Part shown: positions 1 to 10,930 of the stretch, in pieces | How positions within the stretch are numbered: the stretch's first letter is position 1 | Layout: each line of letters starts with the position of its first letter | DNA from: an uncultured Nitrososphaerota archaeon | Lineage (GTDB): Archaea > Thermoproteota > Nitrososphaeria > Nitrososphaerales > Gagatemarchaeaceae | Reading direction: 5' to 3' | Assembly: GCA_963838925.1 (NCBI GenBank) | Contig: CAWISW010000003.1 | Coordinates: 32,001 to 96,000 of the forward strand | DNA: 64,000 bases | Translations under genes and position numbers: made by a program | The notes under the pieces: model-generated | The model's database searches: none | Told to the model about the DNA's origin: nothing | What the model saw: the letters and a program-made list of their open reading frames with translations, nothing else

Positions 1-1066
1 GCGGACGGCGAGGCGTCCTCGTAGATGAGCAGCAGGGGCTTCTCGGCGATCACCGCGGCCATCTTCTCGTCCTCGAGCTCCCTGAGGCCGGTGACCACGA
101 AGTCGGAGTTGCTCACGACCTCCTCGATCTCCCTCGATGACGAGGCCACCGAGCAGGACATGACGGCGTCGGCCATCTCGCTGATGTCCCTGGCCCTGAT
201 GTGGGTCATTCCGAGGAGGCGCTCCTCCTCGCTCTTCCCGCTCACGTGGGTCGAGTGGTAGTGGATCGTGACGCTGGCGCCCATCTCGAAGACCTCCTTC
301 CCGACCTGCCCCAGCGCTTCGCAGAGCATGTCTACCCACGCGGCCCGCTCGTCGCCCCTCTCAGCGAACTGAACCACGCCCACCCTGACGACGTCCCTCA
401 CGCTCGCCTCCCTCACCCTCGCCATGAGCGTCTCGTCGGCGGACTTCGCAACGCGCTTCCAGATGATGTCCTTCGTGTCCATCCCGGTGCTGTACTCGTC
501 GAGCCCGTAGAGCTCCTGCCCTGGCCCTGGGTAGCCTGTCGGCTGCTCCCCGAACCCGAAGACAGTCAACCTGCGCGGGATCACGGGCGTGACAAGCGAG
601 AGGGGGAGGGTGTCGAGGACGAAGTCGCTGTAGACGACCTGGTCGAGCCTCTTGAGGAGCTTCAGCGGGTCGGTGAGCGATATCCCGACCTTGACGCCCT
701 CCGACCTCCCCGCGTACTTGCCGAGGAACGTGAGCCTCATCCTCCCCTCTCCGAGGGGCTCGATCTTCATCAGCTGGCCCGTCTCTATCTTGAAGGTGGT
801 GGGTATCGAGCCTATCCAGTCGGTCCCCCTGGACTCGACGGCCAGCGTGGTCTCGTACTCCTCGCCCTTGAAACGTCCTGACGTGCCCGCTCTCCATGGA
901 GATGCTGACGCCGCCCTTGATCGCGAACTCGAAGATGAGGATGGAGATGACCCCCATCATTGCGAGGGAGATCCCGAGCGACCTGCATGAGCCTGATGTT
1001 GAGCAGGTCGGCTGCGACTAGGATGAGGACCGTGGCTATGAGGTAGTCTCTTCCGCGCGTGGTTAG
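1..1066 (-). CDS. DUF58-family (MoxR-associated) protein; runs off the window edge; apparent frameshifts near 872 and 985
   Basis: Joined frames give an N-terminal TM (RGRDYLIATVLILVAADLL) and the DUF58-like GPGQELYGLDEYSTGMDTKDIIWKRVAK motif; directly downstream of a MoxR gene; start approximate. Confidence 0.7.
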
Positions 1067-2014
1067 CGTGGGGGCTCCACTCTGTCAAGTATGGCCGTGA
1101 GTATCGCTTCGGGGTTCCGCGAGACCCCCTTCAGGGCCGCCGCGCGGTCGATCGCGAGCCGGTGGGTGAGGACGTCGTTGGCGATGGACTTTATGTCGTC
1201 GGGCGTGACGTACTTCCTGCCCGCGAGGAGCGCCTTGGCGCGCGCGCAGTGGACGAGCTGCACCATCGCCCTGGGGCTCGCTCCGAGCACCAGCGACCCC
1301 TCGTTCCTCGTCGCCTCCGCGACCCTCGCGAGGTAGGCGAGGACCTCGTCGGAAACCTTCACCTCGTCGACCTGCCTCACAAGCGCGTCCAGCTCGCCCG
1401 CGGTGAGGACGGTCTTGACCTCGTTGATGTCGATGGCTCGAGAGGTTCCTCTTCAGGATGCCTGCCTCGACCTCCTTGCTCGGATACTTGAAGCTGACCT
1501 TGACCATGAACCTGTCGAGCTGCCCCTCGGGCAGCGGGTAGACGCCCTCGAACTCCAGCGGGTTCTGCGTCGCGATGACCATGAACGGGAACGGGAGCTT
1601 CTCGGTGTGCCCCTCGACGGTGACCTGCAGCTCCTGCATCGACTCGAGCAGGGCGCTCTGGACCTTCGGCGGGGCGCGGTTTATCTCGTCTGCGAGGAGG
1701 ATGTTGGTGAATATCGGGCCCCGCCTGAACTCGAACTCCCTGTCCTTCATGTTGAAGACGAATCCGCCGACGATGTCTAGCGGGAGGATGTCCGGGGTGA
1801 ACTGGACACGCTTGAACTGCAGGCCCAGGCACTTTGAGAACGCGTTCGCGAGCAGGGTCTTCGAGACGCCAGGGACGCCCTCGAGCAGGACGTGCCCCCT
1901 CGCGAGGAGGCACATGAGGAGGAGGTCGACCTCCTTCTCCCGTCCGACGACTAGCTTCCCGACCTCGGCTACCACCTTGTCCCTTATCTCAGCGCCCAAG
2001 GCTCGCGCCTCCAC
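1063..2014 (-). CDS. moxR: MoxR-family AAA+ ATPase (frameshift near 1439)
   Basis: GHVLLEGVPGVSKT, RVQFTPD, LADEINRAPPKVQSALLE, ATQNPLE, LPEGQLDRF; C-terminal lid (GASPRA...YVTPDD) in ORF 1063..1380. Confidence 0.9.
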
Positions 2015-2369
2015 TCTTCCCGGTTATCCCTCCGAGCATGTTCGCGACCTTGACGACCTCGCGGAAGTCGAGGTCTGGGAGGGGAGAGCCGCCGTATCGA
2101 TACTCTTCGTAGCTCCTCAGCGCCGCACCCATCCCTTCGGTCTTGACGCCTGAAGACTGCAGGCGCGCGATGGCCTCCTCCCAGGTGAAGCCTGCAGGGA
2201 GGTCGGGGACGGCCTCCTTGAGGGCCATCTCGAGGCCGTTGAAGGCGTCGGCGAGGTTCGCGGCGCTGACCTTGTGCCTCCTGCGCCTGAGCGCCATGAG
2301 GACGAGCGGCGCGTAGAGCGCGATGTTGAGCGCCAGGAGTGCTCCCAAGATGAGCTGGTTGCTTACCAT
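1989..2369 (-). CDS. Small membrane-anchored protein, DUF4129-like
   Basis: N-terminal TM, GFTWEE...YEEYRYGG pattern; first gene of the MoxR operon. Confidence 0.6.
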   Translation of the reverse strand: MVSNQLILGALLALNIALYAPLVLMALRRRRHKVSAANLADAFNGLEMALKEAVPDLPAGFTWEEAIARLQSSGVKTEGMGAALRSYEEYRYGGSPLPDLDFREVVKVANMLGGITGKSGGASLGR

Positions 2370-2452
2370 TAGAGCGTCTTCAGGTTTGGAGCGGTGGCTT
2401 AAGAACTTGCAATACCTTCGCTTGAAACGTTTTTAGTCCCCGGCGCGCGCTT

Positions 2453-3258
2453 TTGAAGACGAGGAGAGGGGTTTTGCGCGCGGCCAAGACGTCCAAGCTA
2501 GTCAGCGCTCTGGCCATCCTGGGCCTCATCCTGGTCTCGCTGTTCTCCGTCCTGGTGCTCGACTCCTCGTCGCTCGTGAACCCCGTGATACCGCTCCAGC
2601 CCGGCAACCCCAACGGGACCCCGGGGCTCACCGGGGTCCTGGTGGTGCAGCTTCACGCCAACCAGAACGAGACCGACAAGCTGTCCAACCCCACGGGGCT
2701 GCTGTTGGCGCTCGCCCAGTGGCCGGTGACCGTCACGCAGGCGACCAACTCGAGCAACCCCGCCACGTACGCCATGATCACTGACAACAGGGGCGGCTCG
2801 CTTCAGGAGCTGCCCCAGGGGGGTACGTCGTTAGCTTCAAGGTCGAGTCCCTGAACGTCAAGATCCCTGTCCAGGTCTCCGTCGGAAACGAGACCAAGGT
2901 CCAGGTCAGGGTCTACGGGTCGGCGTACTCCCTGCTCTACAGCGAGGCGTCGGGCGTCCTTCCGACGGGTGGCACCGCCCAGTCCGACGTGTTCGTCAGG
3001 GTCAACTCTTCGTCCCCCGTCGCCAACGCGAGCGAGCCGATAGTTCTCAAGGTGCACCAGGGGGCGTCGTCAGGGTACCTCGTCAACGCGACCGTGATCT
3101 CGGGACAGCCTCCCTCGCAGGGGACGCAGTGGCTGGAGCTTGGGAGCTCTGCAGCGCTCGACCCGGTCAACGCGACCTCCATCGTCCTCACGACCTGGAC
3201 CTACTCGACGTTCATAACCGTGGGGCCCACCGGGATCTCGGTCTCGGCCGACGACTGA
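2453..3258 (+). CDS. Membrane-anchored/secreted beta-rich protein (frameshift in G-run near 2820)
   Basis: Hydrophobic N-terminus; ORFs 2453..2854 and 2989..3258 join across a G homopolymer. Confidence 0.6.
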
Positions 3259-3264
3259 GCGCCC

Positions 3265-3711
3265 CTATCTCTTTCTGCTCTTCCTCTTGGCGGGAGCGGA
3301 CTCTTGGTCCTTCTCTGCGAGGTACGCCTTGAGCGGCTCCCAGTAGGCGCTCATCCAGCCGCCGGTGTAGTCCGCGACCTGCTCGGCGGGGACCTTCGAG
3401 TGGACCATCTTCAGCTCCGTGCCTCCCTTCTTCGGGGTGAGCGTGAACTCAAGCCTTGAGACCGGGTATCCTGTCGGCCACTCGGTGGTCTTCCACTCCT
3501 GGACGATCTTCTTCCCCTTGACCAGCTCGAGGTTCTTCCCGGTAATGTAGCCGTCCCACGCCGTGAAGCTGGCGCCGACCTTGGCGCTCGTGGTGGCCGG
3601 CGAGCCCGTGAAGACGGCGTGCTTGCGCGGGTCGAGCAGGGCGTCGTAGATCTCGTCGGGTGAGGCCTTGAAGAAGACTGTCTGCTCGATGGTCCCGAAT
3701 TTCAATGGCAA
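3265..3711 (-). CDS. SRPBCC/AHSA1-like domain protein
   Basis: ASPDEIYDALLD...KIVQEW...GWMSAYWEPLKAYL pattern. Confidence 0.85.
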   Translation of the reverse strand: MPLKFGTIEQTVFFKASPDEIYDALLDPRKHAVFTGSPATTSAKVGASFTAWDGYITGKNLELVKGKKIVQEWKTTEWPTGYPVSRLEFTLTPKKGGTELKMVHSKVPAEQVADYTGGWMSAYWEPLKAYLAEKDQESAPAKRKSRKR

Positions 3712-3814
3712 TGGTCTGTCGTGTGGGCGCCGCAGTCTTTGGATTTATGCCTAGCGAGGCCCGCGAGAGTGACCTCGGAATCCGCATGAAGTTCGCCCTT
3801 TAGAATTATTTGAA

Positions 3815-4846
3815 ATGCTGTGGGCGCTTATTAGAAAAATCCAGCTTGGACGCCGATTGTCGCCGGGAAACAGGCAGCAGCTGCACTACATGCACGAGGC
3901 CGGGGACGGGGGCCAGAAGGAGCGGTTCGTGTACTTCTGCTCCGAGTGCTCGTGCATCCTCAACGTGTGCGCGGCGCTCGAGCCCGTGGGCGACACGGTC
4001 GAGTCGCTGGGCAACCGCTGCCCGGGGTGCGGCTCCGCCCTCGAGGCGCGCGTGTCCTGCAGGTCGACCCGCATCCCGGAGGCGTGGTCGGAGATATCGC
4101 GCTCGGCCTACTCCACGCGCGAGAGGGCGGGGGCGATGGCCGCGCTCCCCACCGCCGCGTCCCTCCGCGGCTTCGCGTTCAACTTCGCGCCTCTCGACGC
4201 GCTGGTCGCGCACTACATCGACCCCGCCTGGTCGGTCGCCTTCACGGGGCGCTGCGCGAACGCGGTCGCGGAGTTCATCTGCTTCAGGGCGCAGCTCCCG
4301 AAGGAGGCGGGGGGCTCTGACTCGAGCGTCGTGCTGATCGACGGCGGGAACCGCTCCGACCTCTACCTCTTCTCGTCCTACGCCAAGCTCTACGGGGTCG
4401 CGCCGAAAAAGGCGCTGAGGCGGGTGGTGACGAGCAGGGCGTTCACGATGTACCAGATGGCGAACCTGGTGTCGAGGGAACTCGGGAGGGTGGTCGACGA
4501 GTACGGGGCGAAGGTCGTCGTGCTCTCCGACGTCCTGGGCCTGCTCAACGAGGAGTCGGGGCTCCGCGAGGACGAGGCGAGGAGGCTCGCGGGCGCGGTC
4601 CGGAGGGGGCTGGACGACGTGAGGAGGGAGAAGAAGGTCCTCACGTTCATGACGCTCGTCGCGAGGACGCCCTACGACCGGGTGGTCACCGACCACGCCG
4701 ACGTCCTGGTGGGGCTCGAGGGGTCGGGCGCGTCCATCGAGGGGACGCTGCTGAAGCACCCGTTCGGGAAGCCCTCCTCGCGGCGGTTCACTCTTCGCGA
4801 CCTCCTCTTCCACAACCGCCCCGGCAGGAAGGCGGGAGGCCGCTAG
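3815..4846 (+). CDS. Degenerate RadA/Rad51-like protein with N-terminal Zn ribbon (start may be 3890)
   Basis: CSEC...CPGC; RecA-fold segments RAQLPKEAGGSDSSVVLIDGGN and SRAFTMYQ; Walker A position reads FTGRCANAVA with no GKT. Confidence 0.75.
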   Translation: MLWALIRKIQLGRRLSPGNRQQLHYMHEAGDGGQKERFVYFCSECSCILNVCAALEPVGDTVESLGNRCPGCGSALEARVSCRSTRIPEAWSEISRSAYSTRERAGAMAALPTAASLRGFAFNFAPLDALVAHYIDPAWSVAFTGRCANAVAEFICFRAQLPKEAGGSDSSVVLIDGGNRSDLYLFSSYAKLYGVAPKKALRRVVTSRAFTMYQMANLVSRELGRVVDEYGAKVVVLSDVLGLLNEESGLREDEARRLAGAVRRGLDDVRREKKVLTFMTLVARTPYDRVVTDHADVLVGLEGSGASIEGTLLKHPFGKPSSRRFTLRDLLFHNRPGRKAGGR

Positions 4847-4848
4847 CA

Positions 4849-5085
4849 ATGGGAAGGACGCTCCCCTCGTTCAGAATCGCGGAGGCCCAGGAGACCGAGG
4901 AGTGGAGGCACTTCAGGAGGTCGCTCCCCAAGGGGAAGAGGGCGGCCTTCGACGAGATGCTCAACGCCGCGAGGCTGTACGCCTCCGCGTCCTCCGCGGC
5001 CGTGAGGACCTCGAGGTTCGAGGGGATGGCGATGGCGATCGCCTTCCACCACTTCAAGGCGCTCGCGGGGGTGCGCGACAAGTGA
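4849..5085 (+). CDS. Small helical protein of the PolB2-associated (arCOG07300-like) family
   Basis: MGRTLPSFR...EWRHFRRSL...FDEML signature; lies between the radA-like gene and polB2. Confidence 0.75.
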   Translation: MGRTLPSFRIAEAQETEEWRHFRRSLPKGKRAAFDEMLNAARLYASASSAAVRTSRFEGMAMAIAFHHFKALAGVRDK

Positions 5086-5336
5086 GCTTGTCGGACCGGG
5101 AGATAATGGATGAGCTCGAGAGCTGGAAGGGGTTCGGGGACGCGCTCAAGGCGGAGGACAGGGAGCTCTTCACGGAGATGCTGAGGGAGTGCTACGAGTA
5201 CGTCCCGTCCATGCACGCGAAGGACTCGCCGTTCTCCGCCGAGGCCCTGCTCATGAGCATCCTCTTCGTGCAGCACAAGAGGATCGCACGCCTCACCAAG
5301 GAGATAGGGGAGCTCAGGGAGAAGAAGGCGGTGTAG
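5082..5336 (+). CDS. Second arCOG07300-like paralog
   Basis: GTG start overlaps the previous stop; WKGFGDALKAEDRELFTEML...EALLMSILF aligns with the previous ORF. Confidence 0.7.
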   Translation: MSLSDREIMDELESWKGFGDALKAEDRELFTEMLRECYEYVPSMHAKDSPFSAEALLMSILFVQHKRIARLTKEIGELREKKAV

Positions 5337-5339
5337 CGG

Positions 5340-8300
5340 TTGCGGGGCTGGATACTCGACCTCTACACCGAGAGCCCCGGGAAGATGGTGGTGTGGCTGA
5401 AGCTCGAGGGCGGCGAGACCAGGAGGCTCGTCGACAGGTGGGCGCCCTCGATCTTCGTGGCCTCCGACAGCAGGCGAGACCTGGCCGACCTCGAGAAGGG
5501 GAAGGGGCGGGAGTTCTCCTGGTCGAGGCGCGTCATGAAGCTCGAGAGGGCAACCGACACGCGCGAGAGCGAGGTCCTCGAGCTGGTCGTGGACGACGCG
5601 AAGAAGCTCGCGCCACTCGCCGAGAGCGTCGAGCGCTCGAGGCCCTTCGGGACGTACAGGCTCTACAACGTGGACGTGCCCCCCGAGCAGCTGTACCTCT
5701 ACGAGAACGACCTGTTCCCCCTCGCCTACTGCGAGGTCTCGGAGACCCCCGACGGGCTGTGCTGGGAGCTCCACGACGACATATGGTCGTGCCAGTACTC
5801 GGTCCCTGAGCTCCGCTCGGTCGACATCGAGGTGGCCGTCAGAAAGTCAGGGAAGATGGCCAAGGTCTCCGACCCCATAGAGTCGATCAGCCTGAAGGGC
5901 GGGGACGGCTCCGTCTCGAGGATAGGCGGCGGGTCGGAGCGCGACAAGATCCTCGCCCTCGTCGAGGAGGTCAGGAGGCTCGACCCCGACCTGGTGTTCA
6001 CCAGCGACGGCGACTCGTTCGTCCTGCCCTACCTCGCCTCGAGGGCCGCGGCCAACGGGGTCGCCCAGCGGCTCGTCATCGACAGGGACGGGACGGTCCT
6101 GGAGGCCCCGGCGAAGAAGGGGTCGTCATACTTCAGCTACGGCAAGATCCTGTTCAAGCCCTCGGCGATGAAGCTCCGCGGGAGAATTCACCTCGACAAG
6201 ACCAGCTCCTTCGTCCACAGGGAAACCGGACTTGAGGGGTTTTACGAAGTGAGTAGGGTGTGCAGGCTCCCACTCCACATAGCCAGTAGAGCGAGCATAG
6301 GCAAGGCTCTCTCGAGCCTCCAGTTCTACCACGCGACCAAGGACGGGATCCTCATACCTTGGAAGCCCACCATGGCCGAGAGCTTCAAGAGCAGAGCAGA
6401 GCTTCTCGTCGCGGACCGCGGGGGGTTCATCTTCGAGCCGGAGCTCGGAGTGCATGAGGGGATTGGGGAACTAGATTTCTCCAGTCTATTCCCCAACATC
6501 ATGAGCAAGAAGAACATCTCGCCAGAGACCGTGAGATGTAAGTGCTGCCCCGACTCCACGAACAGAATCCCCGAGCTCGACTGGAATGTCTGCGAGAGGC
6601 GCCCAGAGGGAATAGTCCCCAAAGCGGTCAAGATCATCGTGGAGAAGACGGATGAAATACAAGAGGCTGGAGCAGGTCACCGAGGGCGAGGAGCGGGCAC
6701 GCTACCAGGCTCGGAGAGATGCCCTCAAATGGGTTGGGGTCGCATGCCTTCCTAAGGAATCCCCGGTCTTCATCAGACGAGATGGCATTGACAGATTCTC
6801 AAGGATTGGGGATTTCATAGACGGTCTTGTGGGCGACAGAGCAGGCGTTGTAGAATGTCCGCCTGGAATCTATGTGGCGGGAATGGGTGACGACTACAAG
6901 GCCAAGTTCTGCAAGGTTGCTCGCCTCATCAAGAAGCCGAACAATCGGAAGCTTCTGTCTTTTGTGATGGAAGATGGGCGGAAAATCGTCGCCACGCCCG
7001 ACCATCCGTTCTTTATCCTCAGCGGAGGAGAGATGGAGGTAAAGACGGCGGAGAAATTGCAAGTCGGCGAACTCGTGCCCGTGGCAAAGAAGATTCCACC
7101 GGCCAACGAAATCCAGCAGATTGACCTCATCGAGAAACTGGAAAATTTGCTCACTCCCACGGAGAAACAACTTTGGAGAGTTTCAGGAGAGCAGCTCAAG
7201 GCATCAATCAAAGCAAAGCGCCAAACGCTCGTTGATGCGGCGATTCCCGAAGGATATTCTTACCAAACTGTGGTAACTTGGTGCAAGAGCGGAATCATTC
7301 CTTTGAGGTTTCTTAGCTTGCTCGATATAGCGCCCGAGATTCATCGAGAGCTACGGATAGGATCAGGAAGAAGAAAGGGCGGAAGAGTTGCATGGCTGCC
7401 CGCTGTTCTAGAGGTCGATGGTAGGCTCGGATTTTTCCTAGGCGTGTTCGTAGCGGATGGAAGCGCCACAAACAACGTGGTAAGGCTGGACATAGCACTT
7501 TCTGAGCCCGAGCTACTGGAGACCACAAGAAAGCTTGTGGAATCAGTTTTCAAAATCTCGCCTCATGTTTACAAAGAGAAGAAGGCTCAGATGAATGTAG
7601 TCCAGATAAACAGTGCGAGCTTGGTCAAGGTTCTGGAAAAAGTCTTCGGCCTACCTGGCTCTGCAGACAGAGGCAAACTCAAGGTTCCTGACATCATCTT
7701 CAACTGCCCAGCGCAGACAGCACACAGGTTCATGGCAGGGTTGGTCGCTGGCGATGGGAACGCTGCCAAACGACGCAAGTTCGTCAGCATCGCGACAAAA
7801 TCAAAGAACCTCCAGAATCAAATCTGCGTCCTGGCGGCTAGGTTGGGGTTGGCTTTTCGAATGGGTACAAACCGCGAGGGGACTCAGCCTCTGTACACAG
7901 TCAATTTTGTGGGACCGCAGACACTTGAAAGGATCGGGGATTGGGAGTACTCGAAAGAGGGACAGCGAGATAGAATCCGGTCTTGGTCTGAAGAGATTCA
8001 GACAGGGACTTGCACTCACGCAAGATACGAGAGACTCCCTATAGAGGAATCCGGACTGTTCACTCTCGCGAGGGCTACCAGAACCTCATCTGAACCGCAT
8101 GCGAGAATTGGATTCCGACAATGCCCAGTTCAGGTCGAAAGGAAAATTTCTCGTATTCTTTCAAGAGAGCTGAGCGACAATCAGATGAGGCAGACTATGA
8201 GGATAGAGAGGCTCGTCGGTAGCGATTTCGGATTCGTCAGGATAACGAGGATTGAGGAGCTGGATTCGTGCCCCGAATACGTCTATTGCTTCCAGCTGGC

Positions 8301-9223
8301 AGAAGACGAGGTACCCGGGTTCCTTACCGGGGAAGGTTTGATCTTCACGCACAATTGTTTCGGCTATCTCGGTCACGCCAACGCGAAGTTCGGGCGCATC
8401 GACGCGCACATCGGGGTCTGCGCCTGGGACAGGAAGGTGCTCATCGACGCGGCGAGGGTCGCGGAGAGGCGGGGCTTCAAGGTGATGCACGGCATCGTCG
8501 ACTCCCTCTGGCTTAGGAAGGTCGGCGCGGGCGAGGACGACTTTGAGAGGCTCCGGAGGGAGATAGAGGCGGAGACGAAGTTCGCCATCGCATTCGAGGG
8601 GATCTACAAGTGGATCGCGTTCCTCCCATCGAAGGTGGACGCCGGGGTCCCGGTGCTCAACGCAGTACTTCGGCGCGTACAGGGACGGGAGGCTCAAGGT
8701 CCGCGGAATAGAGGCGAGGCGGCACGACACGCCTGCGTTCTTCTCAAAGTGCCAGCTGGAGATCCTCGAGCTGCTCGCCAGGGCCGACACTGTCGAGGAG
8801 GCGAGGGCGATGGTCGACGGGTGCGTGGGCGTCTTCCTCAAGCACGCGAGGTCGCTCCTCGAGCACCGCGCGCCCATAGCGGGGCTCGTCTTCACGAGGA
8901 ACCTCTCGAGGAAGCCCGGGGAGTACGCGAACAGGTCGCTGACGTCATCGGTCGCTGACCAGCTGGTCAGGGAGGGCGTGGAGTTGCACGCGGGGGAGGC
9001 GGTGCAGTACGTCATCACGGACTATCAGTCCAAGTCCCCGGGAAGGAGGGCGGTGGCGCTCGACCTGGTGGACGAGGATACGGCCTACGACGCGAAGAGG
9101 TACGTGGAGCTCCTCGCTGAGGCGTGCTCGACGGTCCTGAGGCCGTTCAGGGAGGAGTGCGGCGAAGAATGGCTGGTGCGGGAGGTAGAGCGGCGGATCA
9201 TGCATTCCGAGTCCCTGGCGTGA
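5340..9223 (+). CDS. polB2: Family B DNA polymerase, PolB2 type, intein-containing (apparent frameshifts near 6648 and 8663)
   Basis: Motif A ELDFSSLFPNIM, motif B KWVGVA|CFGYLG, altered motif C HGIVDSLW typical of PolB2, KVRGIEARRHD after correcting the frameshift. Confidence 0.88.
6745..8355 (+). mobile_element. Intein (537 aa) with LAGLIDADG homing endonuclease
   Basis: Starts CLPKESPV; block B ATPDHPF; LAGLIDADG motifs FLGVFVADG and FMAGLVAGDG; ends IFTHN followed by Cys+1; more AT-rich than host. Confidence 0.95.
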
Positions 9224-9776
9224 GACTCCCCTGCGAACGGCCCACCTGGGTTCGCGCCGGGACGACGTACAGGTGCACGTTCTCGCGGGTCTCCACGGGC
9301 TTCCAGTCCGGGAACTGGTGCTCGACGGAGACCACCAGCGCCCCAGGAGGCATCTCCCTTCCCGCCTTCTCTTGGAGCTTCCTCATGATGAGCGGGGAGA
9401 GGAAGACGAACACCTTTCTCGACTCGCTCAGGTCGACGTCCAGCAGGTTCCTCCTGAGGACGGTGACGCTCGCGGACAGACCCTGTCTCCTAGAGCTCCA
9501 AATGGAGATCGCCCTGCGCAACGGGTCGATCTCGGCCCCGACGGCGCGGACGTGGTATTCTTTCGCGAAGAAGATGAGCGCTCTCCCGAAGCCTGACCCG
9601 AGGTCGTAGACCGTGTCGCCCTCCTTCAACTGGAGCAGGGCCGCGGCGGCCCGAAGTTGCCTCCTCGAGGTCGGGCCGTACCCTGCGCCCCAGAGCAGGC
9701 TGAAGAGGAAGAGGTAGACCATGAAGGCAGCGAACGCCCACAACACCCAAGCCACCACGAGATTGATGGCGACCAC
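9198..9776 (-). CDS. Class I SAM methyltransferase with N-terminal TM (aKMT/FAM173-like)
   Basis: GAGYGPTS, VYDLGSGFGR, GAEIDP, LYVVP. Confidence 0.8.
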   Translation of the reverse strand: MVAINLVVAWVLWAFAAFMVYLFLFSLLWGAGYGPTSRRQLRAAAALLQLKEGDTVYDLGSGFGRALIFFAKEYHVRAVGAEIDPLRRAISIWSSRRQGLSASVTVLRRNLLDVDLSESRKVFVFLSPLIMRKLQEKAGREMPPGALVVSVEHQFPDWKPVETRENVHLYVVPARTQVGRSQGSLTPGTRNA

Positions 9777-9857
9777 GCTTGAAGGAGGGCGCCCCGTGTA
9801 TAAGGGCTCGGAGCGCCTCCTGAATTCTTAATACGATTCGGCTCGCGAGTCTCACGA

Positions 9858-10250
9858 ATGGGGAGCCAGAGCGCTTTCGGTCCGGGCTTCCAGGCTGCGA
9901 ACTCCAGGCTGTACAGGCTGGAGTACGCGGCTGCGACGCTCGCCATCCTGGCGTACTTGATCTTCAGGTGGCTCCACCTCGGAGGCCTCGACTGGCCGGC
10001 CACGGTGTTCTGGATTGTCTTTCCAGACCTGGCGGCCTTCTTACCGATAGGCCTGTCCTCGAAGAGGAGGGAGTGGCCGCCATGGGGGAGCTACGTCTAC
10101 AACGCGTTCCACAACGCGCTGGTGTGGGGATTCGTGTTCGGTGCGCTCTGGCTGGTCATGGGCGCCCCGTACTGGCCAATCCTCGGGTGGCTGGGTCACA
10201 TCGCCGCGGACAGGGCGTTGGGCTACGGCCTGCGCTCGGCCAGGCGGTGA
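9858..10250 (+). CDS. DUF4260-like membrane protein
   Basis: RLEY...PDL...YNAFH...W-GHIAADRALGYGL. Confidence 0.75.
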   Translation: MGSQSAFGPGFQAANSRLYRLEYAAATLAILAYLIFRWLHLGGLDWPATVFWIVFPDLAAFLPIGLSSKRREWPPWGSYVYNAFHNALVWGFVFGALWLVMGAPYWPILGWLGHIAADRALGYGLRSARR

Positions 10251-10256
10251 ACCTCA

Positions 10257-10742
10257 TCAGGCGCTCGGGGTCGGGACCACGTACAGGTAGATCGAGTGCG
10301 GCTTCTTCCAGCCCGCCGGTACGACCTCTATCTCCTTCGTGGCCTTCCAGTCCGGGATTGGATAGTCGAAGTTCACCACCCTGACGCCCGGCCTGAGCTC
10401 CTTGTTGAACTTCGGTGTGAGGAGGTTCAGGGTGTAGCTCGAGAGGTAGGTGCAGAGGACGTCGACCTTGCGCAGGCTCACCTTCTTGAAGTTCCTGCAG
10501 GTGATCTTGGCCCTGTCGGAGAGGCCCAGCTCGCGGATCTTTTGGCGGGACGCCTTCACGAGGCGCTTCCGGGTCTCCACGCCTACCGCCTTTGCATGGA
10601 AGTCCCTCGCGGCCACTATCACTATCCTGGCGTCGCCGGAGCCCAGGTCGAAGACGGACTCGCCCGGCTTCACGGACGCGAAGGAGAGCATGGTCGGGAT
10701 GATGTCCTCCGGGGTAGGGACGTGCGGCTCGGTGTAGTTCAA
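10257..10742 (-). CDS. Class I SAM methyltransferase, archaeal aKMT-like protein-lysine methyltransferase
   Basis: PHVPTP, VFDLGSGDARIV, KELRPGVRVV, IYLYVV. Confidence 0.8.
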   Translation of the reverse strand: MNYTEPHVPTPEDIIPTMLSFASVKPGESVFDLGSGDARIVIVAARDFHAKAVGVETRKRLVKASRQKIRELGLSDRAKITCRNFKKVSLRKVDVLCTYLSSYTLNLLTPKFNKELRPGVRVVNFDYPIPDWKATKEIEVVPAGWKKPHSIYLYVVPTPSA

Positions 10743-10930
10743 ACGGCCCTACCGATTCCGTGGATTAGATAAGCATCAGGGCGGGAATCGCGTGTCCGTC
10801 CTCAATCCGCTGAAGTCCTTGTAGCGACCGGTCGCCGCTTGCATAACGCTTAAACGGAAACAAGCCCCATTGCATGCGAAGCGGCTTGCTGTTGCTTTGA
10901 GGATTCAGGAGCGAATGAGCTGACGACAAG

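Noticed and set aside
5340-8958. PolB2 as a naturally split gene or split intein
   Set aside because: Both breaks fall in extein sequence and are fixed by removing one base; the intein is contiguous
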